From the IMG/VR virus record IMGVR_UViG_3300034088_000014, positions 1 through 56,839 of that record: DNA of 56,839 nucleotides. One strand, given 5' to 3'. This document shows, in pieces, positions 10,129 through 17,376 of the stretch. The DNA is from a virus. Lineage: Duplodnaviria > Caudoviricetes. Position 1 is the stretch's first letter. Each line of letters opens with the position of its first letter. The notes under the pieces are model-generated. The model searched no databases, was not told the origin of the DNA, and saw only the letters and a program-made list of their open reading frames with translations. Made by a program: the position numbers and the translations under genes.

Positions 10129-10139
10129 ATGGGCTGTCC

Positions 10140-10165
10140 AAAAAGAAAACCCGCCGAAGCGGGTT
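10140..10165 (-). terminator. Intrinsic terminator
   Basis: AACCCGC-TTCG-GCGGGTT followed by TTCTTTT. Confidence 0.75.
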
Positions 10166-10173
10166 GTGGGGTT

Positions 10174-10253
10174 TGGTGTCGGCGGCGGGCATTGAGCCGC
10201 TCCGGCCGCATTACTGATGTTGTGCGGGGGTTCTACGCCTGTGGAGCGCCGAC
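10174..10253 (-). pseudogene. Degenerate tRNA-like element with CCA end
   Basis: Acceptor-like stem GTCGGCG/CGCCGAC-A-CCA, T-like arm GCGG-CTCAATG-CCCGC and CCGCA/TGCGG stem with a 12-nt loop. Confidence 0.5.
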
Positions 10254-10283
10254 GGGTAAGGGTTTGTCCTAATGAGATTCTTC

Positions 10284-10311
10284 TTGAATGTTGCGCGTAA
10301 CGGGCTATGAT
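10284..10311 (+). promoter_or_regulatory. Sigma70-like promoter with near-palindrome in the spacer
   Basis: TTGAAT-N16-TATGAT; GTTGCGCGTAAC at 10290-10301. Confidence 0.55.
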
Positions 10312-10338
10312 TCAGTCATCAACCAACCGGAGCGCACC

Positions 10339-10524
10339 ATGACAAACCATGAAATCAACGAAGTCCTCGGCGCACTAAAACAACTCAAACAATGGCGCGA
10401 CGAACTGGCGGAAGCGTCCCCTGAGCGCGCGGCCCAGCTCATCGCCCGTGAGAGGCAGTATGGACACTTCAGTGAAGTTGCCCGGATCGCCATCGACCTA
10501 CTGGCGACCGCCAAGGCCGAATGA
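10339..10524 (+). CDS. Small hypothetical protein (moron gene 1)
   Basis: GGAG RBS, 61 aa, opposite strand to the late operon. Confidence 0.65.
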   Translation: MTNHEINEVLGALKQLKQWRDELAEASPERAAQLIARERQYGHFSEVARIAIDLLATAKAE

Positions 10525-10676
10525 CCGCCAAACCCGTCACGCAGCGGGTTGCGGACTTCCGCGCCCGCCGCGCCCTAGAAGGGCTCGCAGAGGTCCGGGG
10601 TATCTTCCTGCCGCCCGATCTGCATCCGAAGCTCAAAGAGCTTGCTGCCGCGCTCCTGAAGCGATCCAAGCGGTAG
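10521..10676 (+). CDS. Small basic protein, possibly RHH/antitoxin-like (moron gene 2)
   Basis: ATGA overlap; MTAKPVTQRVADFRARRALEGLAEVRGIFLPPDLHPKLKELAAALLKRSKR (51 aa, not in the ORF track). Confidence 0.6.
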   Translation: MTAKPVTQRVADFRARRALEGLAEVRGIFLPPDLHPKLKELAAALLKRSKR

Positions 10677-10681
10677 CCGAC

Positions 10682-10710
10682 AAAAGAAAAGCCGCCTCTA
10701 TTGGGCGGCT
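10682..10710 (-). terminator. Intrinsic terminator after tRNA array
   Basis: AGCCGCCC-AATA-GAGGCGGCT followed by TTTCTTTT. Confidence 0.7.
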
Positions 10711-10716
10711 GGGTGT

Positions 10717-10793
10717 TGGTGCCTACGCGGACGATTCGAACGCCGGACCCGCTTCTTACAAGGAAGCCGCTCTACCTGCTGAGCTACGAAGGC
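10717..10793 (-). tRNA. tRNA-Thr(TGT)
   Basis: Cloverleaf with GCTTC-CT TGT AA-GAAGC, TTCGAAT T-loop and ACCA end. Confidence 0.9.
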
Positions 10794-10799
10794 GAATTC

Positions 10800-10876
10800 T
10801 GGTTGAAGGCGCTGGACTCGAACCAGCGACCAACAGATTATGAGTCTGCCGCTCTATCCAACTGAGCTAGCCTTCA
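10800..10876 (-). tRNA. tRNA with CAT anticodon (Ile2-like; Met not excluded)
   Basis: GCAGA-CT CAT AA-TCTGT; variable loop/T-arm TTGGTCGCTGGTTC resembles Ile2 tRNAs; CCA end. Confidence 0.85.
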
Positions 10877-10880
10877 ATTC

Positions 10881-10971
10881 TGGCGGAAGGTGGGTGGAGT
10901 TGAACCCCCAAGGGCGGTTAAGCCTCGTCGGTTTTCAAGACCGGTGCCGTCGCCAATCGGCTTGACCTTCC
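10881..10971 (-). tRNA. tRNA-Ser(TGA)
   Basis: CT TGA AA loop, long variable arm, G discriminator and CCA. Confidence 0.88.
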
Positions 10972-10979
10972 TCTGTCTC

Positions 10980-11069
10980 TGGCGGATGGTCGAGGGATCG
11001 AACCTCGGCGGCGCTTTCACACCGGCTGCGGCTTAGCAAGCCGACCCATTGCCGCTCTGGCAACCATCC
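10980..11069 (-). tRNA. tRNA-Ser(GCT)
   Basis: TT GCT AA loop, long variable arm, GCCA end. Confidence 0.88.
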
Positions 11070-11079
11070 TCAAAATCTC

Positions 11080-11155
11080 TGGAGCGCCCTGAGAGATTCG
11101 AACTCCCGGCCCGCTGGTTCGAAGCCAGCCGCTCTGTCCCCTGAGCTAAGGGCGC
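11080..11155 (-). tRNA. tRNA-Arg(TCG)
   Basis: GCTGG-CT TCG AA-CCAGC, TTCGAAT T-loop, CCA. Confidence 0.9.
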
Positions 11156-11162
11156 GCATCCT

Positions 11163-11240
11163 TGGCGCGTCGGGAAGGATTCGAACCCTCGACAGGCGGG
11201 GTAGAAACCCGCTGCTCTATCCAGACTGAGCTACCGACGC
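11163..11240 (-). tRNA. tRNA-Arg(TCT)
   Basis: GCGGG-TT TCT AC-CCCGC, TTCGAAT T-loop, GCCA. Confidence 0.9.
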
Positions 11241-11302
11241 TGAATTTCAGCGACGCCGCCTCGATCTGGTTTGAGCTTTCATCTTCATCGTCCTTTGTTA
11301 GT

Positions 11303-11465
11303 TTTGCCCTCTGGCCGGTCGCTACTCCGGCTGGTTCCGTGGCCTGCAGGGCTCGGAGTCGCACTCCGCAAGGAACCGCCACCATCCACAAAGTCAGGAC
11401 ACCCGCAAGCCGGGGCCTCAAGGACGCAAAGTGCGTGTCTAGCTTTCCACGCCGCAGAGGACAAA
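11303..11465 (-). ncRNA. Candidate tRNA-shaped structured ncRNA
   Basis: 11-bp closing stem with a G-U pair only on the minus strand, D-like arm GCGTG/CACGC and T-like arm GCCGG/CCGGC. Confidence 0.55.
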
Positions 11466-11552
11466 GAACGGCGGGCTTTGCGGGACTCGAACCCGGCAGG
11501 GAAATGACCCTGCGCCTCCGTGCGGCCGCATGGCTCCGGCCCGCCGATCTTT
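11463..11552 (-). ncRNA. Candidate tRNA-like element with canonical T-loop
   Basis: Closing stem CGGCGGGC/GCCCGCCG, hairpin GCAGGG/CCCTGC and CGGG-TTCGAGT-CCCG. Confidence 0.45.
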
Positions 11553-11676
11553 GCGCTCTCACGTTTCAAACGCGCGCACCAGTCCGTCTAGTGCGCTTCC
11601 ACGGCCTCGAAAAGCCGCTTCAATTCAAGTTGTTTGCCGGTCTTTCTCCGGACTGACCCTCGCGCGGGTCTGCGAG

Positions 11677-11705
11677 ATTATGGCACAGCAGCAGGATAGC
11701 GTCTA
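11677..11705 (-). promoter_or_regulatory. Putative late promoter (pR'-like)
   Basis: TAGACG-N17-CATAAT with extended TG, upstream of the tRNA array and morphogenesis genes and downstream of Q. Confidence 0.6.
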
Positions 11706-11736
11706 TCTGTCAACTATTGTTGAGTGAGTTGTGTGG

Positions 11737-12390
11737 TTATGCCGCTTTGCGCCATGCAGAGCACCCGCCGCCCATGCTGTCTTTGTGCTGGCACCAGTAG
11801 CAGCCCGATCCCGGCGTGGCCGTCAATTCCTCGTCGGCGAACATCCTCTGCGCCCGCTCCGACCAGTTGCGCACCAGTGCCGGCGCCTCTGCGCGTTCGA
11901 TGGTTCGGCGCCTCTGGAGTTTGCCGCTGTCAATGTAGATCGCCCCAACCTCGACGCGAGGCGCCTCCGGAAACGTGCTCAGACCGATCAGGCTGTATAG
12001 CTCCAATTGCTTTGAGTGCGACGGGTAGGAGCGCCCGCTCTTGAAGTCGTATATGTGTAGCGCGCCGTCCCGGAAGAAGTGAACATCAATGATTCCGATC
12101 AGCCATGAGCCGCTGTCCACCGGCTTCCATTGGTTGTCGAGCCTCCACGCCTTTTCCGGTTTGGCCTGGTTCGCCTTCAGCCGCGTCAGCAGCCGGCCGA
12201 TAGGCTCCAGCTCCGTAGGAGTGTCGGACTCGCCGTTGAGCACCAGCTCGCACATCGTGTGCAGCATGGTCCCGCGCTCCATTGCCGGCGACGGCGGCGG
12301 CCGAATGCCGTCTATGTACTCGTACTTCCACTTCGCCGGGCACTCTTCGTAGGTGGACAGGCTGCTGTAAGACCAGCGGGTAGGCTTCAC
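11737..12390 (-). CDS. PD-(D/E)XK nuclease, Cas4/AddB-like with probable 4-Cys Fe-S cluster
   Basis: WSYSSLSTYEECP, RGTMLH, GIID-YDFKSG, QLELY and C-terminal CYWC-x9-C. Confidence 0.85.
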   Translation of the reverse strand: MKPTRWSYSSLSTYEECPAKWKYEYIDGIRPPPSPAMERGTMLHTMCELVLNGESDTPTELEPIGRLLTRLKANQAKPEKAWRLDNQWKPVDSGSWLIGIIDVHFFRDGALHIYDFKSGRSYPSHSKQLELYSLIGLSTFPEAPRVEVGAIYIDSGKLQRRRTIERAEAPALVRNWSERAQRMFADEELTATPGSGCYWCQHKDSMGGGCSAWRKAA

Positions 12391-12785
12391 GCCTTGGCCT
12401 CTCGCTCCCATGTGCCGTACTCGCCCCTTGCGCGCTTGGTGAAGGCAAAACCATGCTCAGCCCACAGCGTATCATCCCCGCGTTGAACGGTGAACACTCT
12501 CAAGCCGCCGCTCATCATCTTGAGCAACTCCTTGAGCAGCAGCGAGCGCACCTTGGGCGATTCGGAGTAAACGTGCTTGACGTGCGCACTGTCCGGTCGC
12601 GGGTGAATCAATGCGAAACCTTGCGGCACACCTTCACTCAAACACACAAGCCAGATATCACCGACTTCGCTAGTGACGGGCCCGCCTAGTTCAGTCAGCA
12701 CGGCGCGGCTCGTCAACCAATGCCCGACATGGGCAAAGAACGCTTCTTCAGCCTTCCCCTGAACGTAGTGCTTGATTTCGGTCAT
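12387..12785 (-). CDS. Putative GNAT-fold acetyltransferase-like protein
   Basis: 132 aa; the pattern IWLV-GFA-HVKHVY-LWAEHGF fits GNAT topology (judged by eye). Confidence 0.5.
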   Translation of the reverse strand: MTEIKHYVQGKAEEAFFAHVGHWLTSRAVLTELGGPVTSEVGDIWLVCLSEGVPQGFALIHPRPDSAHVKHVYSESPKVRSLLLKELLKMMSGGLRVFTVQRGDDTLWAEHGFAFTKRARGEYGTWEREAKA

Positions 12786-12813
12786 GGCGCGCCCCGGTTG
12801 TGAGCCTTGGATT

Positions 12814-14034
12814 CTAGGTCGCCGGCTCAGCTTTGCGCTGCTTCTTGATATCCATGTACCGCTGATAGGCCGCGCTCTTGGGCTGCGTCAGGCCGAGCCC
12901 CTTGCACCACCAGTCATTGCGCAGCAGCACCTTGCACATGCGACGCCACGAAGGGGCCCAATATTTCTTTTCCAGCTCGGGAGGGGCAAAGTCAGGGATG
13001 CCGTTTCGATAGCCCCTGTCATGCCATCCGGCGATCCATGAGCGAAACCGCGTCAGATAGTGCTCCCGCGTGACCTCTGGCATGGTCGCCAGCAGCAGAT
13101 TGCAGAACGAGCGCCACGTATGGCCGGGAGGGAGCGTGATCTTGTTGTACCCGGTGACGTTGCCGCGTTCCTCGATGTAGAGCGCCCCGCTGTTGGCTCC
13201 GTTGACCCGCGCAACCACCCTCCCCCACGTCTGCGGCTCAATCAGGTGATACAGCCACAGCCCGCGCTTCTGGTCGTCCCCGTAGGGCTGGCACAGGCGC
13301 ATCTGGTGCAACGACACGCCGGCCAGGTGCATCCGGTCATAGACCTCGTTATGCAGCTTGCCAGGAAACTTCGCGTGATAGCGCCAAATGTCGTTGACGT
13401 GCCAATCGTAGATCGGGTACACGTTGAACGTGTTCGGCGCTACCTGCGTTGTCCAGCGTTTGCCGAAGTGGGTTCCCTTGTCCCACACGGCAATGGTGCG
13501 GAAGCGGTTCAGGCTTTCGTCGGTACGGATGCCGATGAAGGCGGCGGTGTCTCGGCCCTTGGAATACCACACAGCAAAGAGTTCAATGAATTCCTCGAAC
13601 TCCATTCGCGGCTCGAAAAAATCAAAGTAGGCCGGATCGGAAATGACGCCCAATCGCTTCGGCATGGGACGAACCCAATCCTCTTTGCGGTCAGGGTCCC
13701 AGGCGCACCAGACAGGCTCATAGTTGCTCACAGAGTTGCGGAGCTTGATGGGCAAGCACACCCAATACAGCTCGATATGGTCCGCGTACATATCGAACAT
13801 CTGTTCTGCGTGCTTGATGGTGAGCTGGTACTGCGCCTCTAGGTCGATCAGCAACACACCGACCTTGCGCCCGCGCTTGATTGCCTCGTCCATCACCAGA
13901 TGGAACATGACGCTCGAATCCTTGCCGGCGCTGAAGCTGATGTACACCTTCTCGAAGTGCTCAAAGGTGTAGCGGATGCGGTCGCGCGCTGCGGTCAGCA
14001 CGTCTACGCCAATGGGGAGCTTTTTCGCCGACAT
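12814..14034 (-). CDS. ibrA: IbrA-like PAPS-reductase family / DUF3440 PP-loop protein
   Basis: SFSAGKDS PP-loop, GIRTDESLNR, YPIYDW, MRLCQPYG and PSWRRMCKVLLRNDWWC. Confidence 0.9.
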   Translation of the reverse strand: MSAKKLPIGVDVLTAARDRIRYTFEHFEKVYISFSAGKDSSVMFHLVMDEAIKRGRKVGVLLIDLEAQYQLTIKHAEQMFDMYADHIELYWVCLPIKLRNSVSNYEPVWCAWDPDRKEDWVRPMPKRLGVISDPAYFDFFEPRMEFEEFIELFAVWYSKGRDTAAFIGIRTDESLNRFRTIAVWDKGTHFGKRWTTQVAPNTFNVYPIYDWHVNDIWRYHAKFPGKLHNEVYDRMHLAGVSLHQMRLCQPYGDDQKRGLWLYHLIEPQTWGRVVARVNGANSGALYIEERGNVTGYNKITLPPGHTWRSFCNLLLATMPEVTREHYLTRFRSWIAGWHDRGYRNGIPDFAPPELEKKYWAPSWRRMCKVLLRNDWWCKGLGLTQPKSAAYQRYMDIKKQRKAEPAT

Positions 14035-15212
14035 TAGTACAGCTCCGCTTCCGTCCGGCCCACGGCTTCACCAAGCATGACTTGCGGCAGTTTGTGCTCC
14101 GTCAGCCAACGATTGAGGTACTTCACGGCGGCCATGTTGGCCGCGTACTGCTGGTCTGGCGTGAGCAGTTGATACCCGCCACGGCACACCGCAGGGATTC
14201 CAAGCGCTTTTGCGACAGAAGCCTGCCCCAGCCACGCGATGCGGTTCATGCGGTCATTGGTGAGGTAGTGCTCACAGGAGAACTTCCATTCCGCCGTGAC
14301 CTCCTGTAGCGTGCTCTCGAACAAGGCGATATTGGATAAGAAGTCTCGATAGGCTTGCTCGCCCTGCTCCTGCGTCATCCCGCCCGGCGGGCGCTCGGCG
14401 TGAAACCCGGCGCGATAGCACTCCCACTTGTCCCACGTATGCAGGATGCGCCCGCCATCGTCGCTCTCGTAGCCCTCGATCACGTCCGATAGCAGCTCGC
14501 CGCCGATGCCGCCCTCGGTGCCGACTTCCCACGCCTGCGAGAACTCCTGGTCGCCAAACGCTTCGGCGAGCCCGGTGATCTGGCACAGGCGCAAAACCTC
14601 GTCCGGGTCCATACCAAGCTCGCGCCCGATTTTCTCGTCCGACCAGTTGCGGCGCTTCAACTCAATCACGATATCGGACATGGCCTCCACCTTGTGCTTG
14701 CCGCGCGCCCGGTTGTGTCGGATGGTGGAGGCGATGCGGTCAGTCTTGTCCTGCCGCGCGTCATTGATGGTCACAACCGGCAGATAACCGTGTACCCGCT
14801 CGCGCACGGCGGCGACTTCCTTGCCGACCCGGTGCCGGTGGAAGCCGTCCACCACTTCATTGATGCCGTCCTCGCGGCCCCACGAAACGATAGGCTGTGT
14901 GTAGCCATCCTCCGTGATGGAATGAGCCAGCAGCTTCATTTCGGGCGGGGCTACGCTGTTTGGGTTGTAGTCGTTGGCTGTCACACGCTCAGCCTTGACC
15001 CAGCTTACGCAATCGACCGGCTCGGACTTGAACGGTGAATGTTCGCGCAACTCTGAGCGCAGAGCGTTCAAGGTTTCGACGCGGGAATCAAAGTCCAGCG
15101 CGGCGAGCCTGACAAAGAGGCTTTTCGCCTCGCTCAAAATCTGTTCCGCTACCGGCTCGGAAAGCATGTCTGTTTGCAAAAGAACCTCGCTACGTTGACT
15201 GTTGATTGTCAC
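14034..15212 (-). CDS. ibrB: IbrB-like ParB/Srx-domain protein with extra C-terminal domain
   Basis: ANDYNPNSVAPPEMKLL, DGYTQPIV, VVDGFHR and STIRHNRARGKH; extra ~140-aa domain starting HTWDKWECYRAGF. Confidence 0.88.
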   Translation of the reverse strand: MTINSQRSEVLLQTDMLSEPVAEQILSEAKSLFVRLAALDFDSRVETLNALRSELREHSPFKSEPVDCVSWVKAERVTANDYNPNSVAPPEMKLLAHSITEDGYTQPIVSWGREDGINEVVDGFHRHRVGKEVAAVRERVHGYLPVVTINDARQDKTDRIASTIRHNRARGKHKVEAMSDIVIELKRRNWSDEKIGRELGMDPDEVLRLCQITGLAEAFGDQEFSQAWEVGTEGGIGGELLSDVIEGYESDDGGRILHTWDKWECYRAGFHAERPPGGMTQEQGEQAYRDFLSNIALFESTLQEVTAEWKFSCEHYLTNDRMNRIAWLGQASVAKALGIPAVCRGGYQLLTPDQQYAANMAAVKYLNRWLTEHKLPQVMLGEAVGRTEAELY

Positions 15213-15272
15213 TCACAACCGCCGCGAAAACAAGCATTTTTTGAGTGACGCTTAATATGGCACAATGCCGCC

Positions 15273-15431
15273 ATGGGAAAGAAGCGCGGGCGACCGCAGA
15301 AGCCACCGGACGAAAAACTGCTGCAACGATCCATCAGGCTCACGCCGGCAATGTGGGCGAAAGTGGACAAGGCCGGCATGGCGTGGCTGCGCCGGGTGAT
15401 CCAGCGCGCGAGGTTGCCGGACGAAGCGTGA
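15273..15431 (+). CDS. Small RHH-like DNA-binding protein, divergent from ibrB, probably leaderless
   Basis: MGKKRGRPQKPPDEKLLQRSIRLTPAMWAKVDKAGMAWLRRVIQRA; TGnCACAAT -10 box ends 7 nt before the ATG. Confidence 0.65.
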   Translation: MGKKRGRPQKPPDEKLLQRSIRLTPAMWAKVDKAGMAWLRRVIQRARLPDEA

Positions 15432-15435
15432 GCCA

Positions 15436-16140
15436 TCACCCCCTCCTAAGCCGCTTGCGCAGCGATCCCCGCGCCATTCCGAGCGCGTAATCTACAAAGT
15501 TCAAAACCTGCCCCGACCCCTCCGGCCGCCTCGTCTCCCCGGTCCCGTAGCACTCTCCGCACTGTCTTGCTCCCTGATGCTCAAGATGCCGGATGCCGTG
15601 TCCTTGGCAGACGGGACAGGTGTGTGACAGCCACCAGTACAGCGATGCCGCCACAGTCTCCGGTGCGATCCCCTTCGTCGCTCCCCATGCCGTCAGGCTC
15701 GCCAGCACTTCGGCGCGACTGTGCAGGCGGGTTGCTACGAGCCGGACCTCATTGGCGTACCACCTGGCGGATTCCGCCTTCAGCTCGGCCAGCGCCTTTG
15801 CGGCTCGTTCCATATCGGCGGTGCGGATGGTCCGGCCGTTCTTCACGCCAGTTGCTACCAGCGGCATCCGGGCAGCGATTTCAGCAAGGGTCGGCAGGGG
15901 GCGGCGTTTCGGGATCGGCGCTGAGGTGAACTCCGTATGCAGGCGCAGGATGGCGAGGCCGATGCGAGCCGGTGCGTTGGAGACAGCGGCCATGCCAGCG
16001 GCTGCGACCACATCGCCCGGCCCGGCCTTGTAGTCCTTCGGGATCATCCCGCCGCCGATGGTCAGGTCCGACGTGTTTGAGGCGGACTCGTACCGCTCGT
16101 CTACCGTGACTGGTGAATCCTGGTGCGGTGAAGTCGCCAT
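15436..16140 (-). CDS. Late antitermination protein Q-like
   Basis: ERYESASNTSDL N-terminus and CPVCQGHG/CGECYGTG Zn finger; last gene of the nin region. Confidence 0.7.
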   Translation of the reverse strand: MATSPHQDSPVTVDERYESASNTSDLTIGGGMIPKDYKAGPGDVVAAAGMAAVSNAPARIGLAILRLHTEFTSAPIPKRRPLPTLAEIAARMPLVATGVKNGRTIRTADMERAAKALAELKAESARWYANEVRLVATRLHSRAEVLASLTAWGATKGIAPETVAASLYWWLSHTCPVCQGHGIRHLEHQGARQCGECYGTGETRRPEGSGQVLNFVDYALGMARGSLRKRLRRG

Positions 16141-16175
16141 GTGAGTCCCTGTAATACGTTGTTTTACGCTGCCCG

Positions 16176-16532
16176 TTACTTCAGCAGTCCGGCGATTTCC
16201 TTCAGTAGCCAGACCTTCGGGGCGAACCAGACCATCACCATCGGCTTGAGGCTTTCCAAGAGAATGATCAGCGGGACGACGAGCGAAATGCTGGCCGACA
16301 GCCACACGATGTCCTCTCCTGTGCGCTTGTGGATGATTCGCGCGCCAAGCGGGACGGCAACTACCCACACCACCGCTAGAACGACCGCCAGCGTGAGCCA
16401 AGCCCGCCCAAACACTACGTAGCTCTGCGCAATGTCCGGCAGTTCCGCTAGCGCGAAGTCGCTCGCCTTGCCTGCGGCAGTCTGGATGCTCGTCAGAATC
16501 TCGACCAGCTTGGATTGCAGTTCTTCTTTCAT
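16176..16532 (-). CDS. Membrane protein
   Basis: Two hydrophobic segments, RBS present. Confidence 0.6.
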   Translation of the reverse strand: MKEELQSKLVEILTSIQTAAGKASDFALAELPDIAQSYVVFGRAWLTLAVVLAVVWVVAVPLGARIIHKRTGEDIVWLSASISLVVPLIILLESLKPMVMVWFAPKVWLLKEIAGLLK

Positions 16533-16560
16533 CTCTCTCCTTTCGTGCGCTCTCGCGCGG

Positions 16561-16878
16561 TTACTTGCCAAACACAGGAATCTCGTAGCCCGCTGGCTTG
16601 GCCTTCGCCTCACACTTGGCCGCGTAGTCCCACACGCTCGCGGGCGGCATCGGGTTGGGCATCCATCCCGGCCTCGGCCCCAGCAGGTACACGCCAGCCT
16701 TGCGCGGCGTATGCCCGGCGCTGTGCAGCAGTCCGAGGTTCACCGCACGGTCGATACCGTTCTTGATGCGCTTTACGGGAAGCTGCGGGTGAGCCTCTTG
16801 CAAAGCCTTGACCGACTGCGGGCCGTTGTCCTCGATGTAGGACACGACTAGTTCCGTTGCGCTGATACCCACCCACAT
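16561..16878 (-). CDS. Hypothetical winged-helix-like protein
   Basis: LVVSYIEDNGPQSVKALQE-RAVNLGLL pattern. Confidence 0.5.
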   Translation of the reverse strand: MWVGISATELVVSYIEDNGPQSVKALQEAHPQLPVKRIKNGIDRAVNLGLLHSAGHTPRKAGVYLLGPRPGWMPNPMPPASVWDYAAKCEAKAKPAGYEIPVFGK

Positions 16879-17190
16879 CAAACGGCCCTTCCCATGGCTG
16901 CGGCAGGGTGACCGTAGAGGTCTTCCCGCTCCGGCCGTGTGCCGCTTCTGTGCTGCACAGCCCAAGTGCCCATGAGGGGTACAGTCAAACGGCCCGCGCG
17001 CTCTTGCCCGTCACCTTCGCGTGTTCCTTGCCCCGGTCGCTGTACCAACGCCGGGTCGGCAACATCGGATTGGTGGTCCGGGCCGGTCTTTCGTGGGTCG
17101 GCCGATGCAAGCCATGTGCTGCGCATTGCTGCGCCCCACATATGAGTGTGAGCAGAATTGGCCATTTTTATCAGCCCCTCAATGAAAACG

Positions 17191-17376
17191 TCATGCGCGC
17201 CCCCACACGTCTTCCAGCCTTGCCGGGCGCATCTCGCTCAGCTTCTCTTCGATCGGGCTGCGCAGGAACTGCGATCCGCCAAGCTCGCGAACCTTCTCGG
17301 CCTGCTCCTTGGTGACACGGGCGTGAATCCAATCGTTCATGCGTGCTTCGTGCAGCAGCGGGCGTCCTTGTTTCAT
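17191..17376 (-). CDS. Small RHH-like hypothetical protein
   Basis: IHARVTKEQAEKVRELGGSQFLR; ATGA overlap. Confidence 0.5.
   Translation of the reverse strand: MKQGRPLLHEARMNDWIHARVTKEQAEKVRELGGSQFLRSPIEEKLSEMRPARLEDVWGRA

Noticed and set aside
10881-10971. TGA-anticodon tRNA as a stop suppressor or Sec tRNA
   Set aside because: Anticodon UGA reads the Ser codon UCA; a UGA suppressor needs anticodon UCA. Genes here use TGA as a normal stop.
11708-11713. Perfect TTGACA as the -35 box of the late promoter
   Set aside because: It is 25 nt from CATAAT; TAGACG gives the correct 17-nt spacing.
11737-12390. Cas4-like gene as part of a CRISPR-Cas system
   Set aside because: There is no cas1, cas2 or array; solo Cas4-like nucleases are common in phages.
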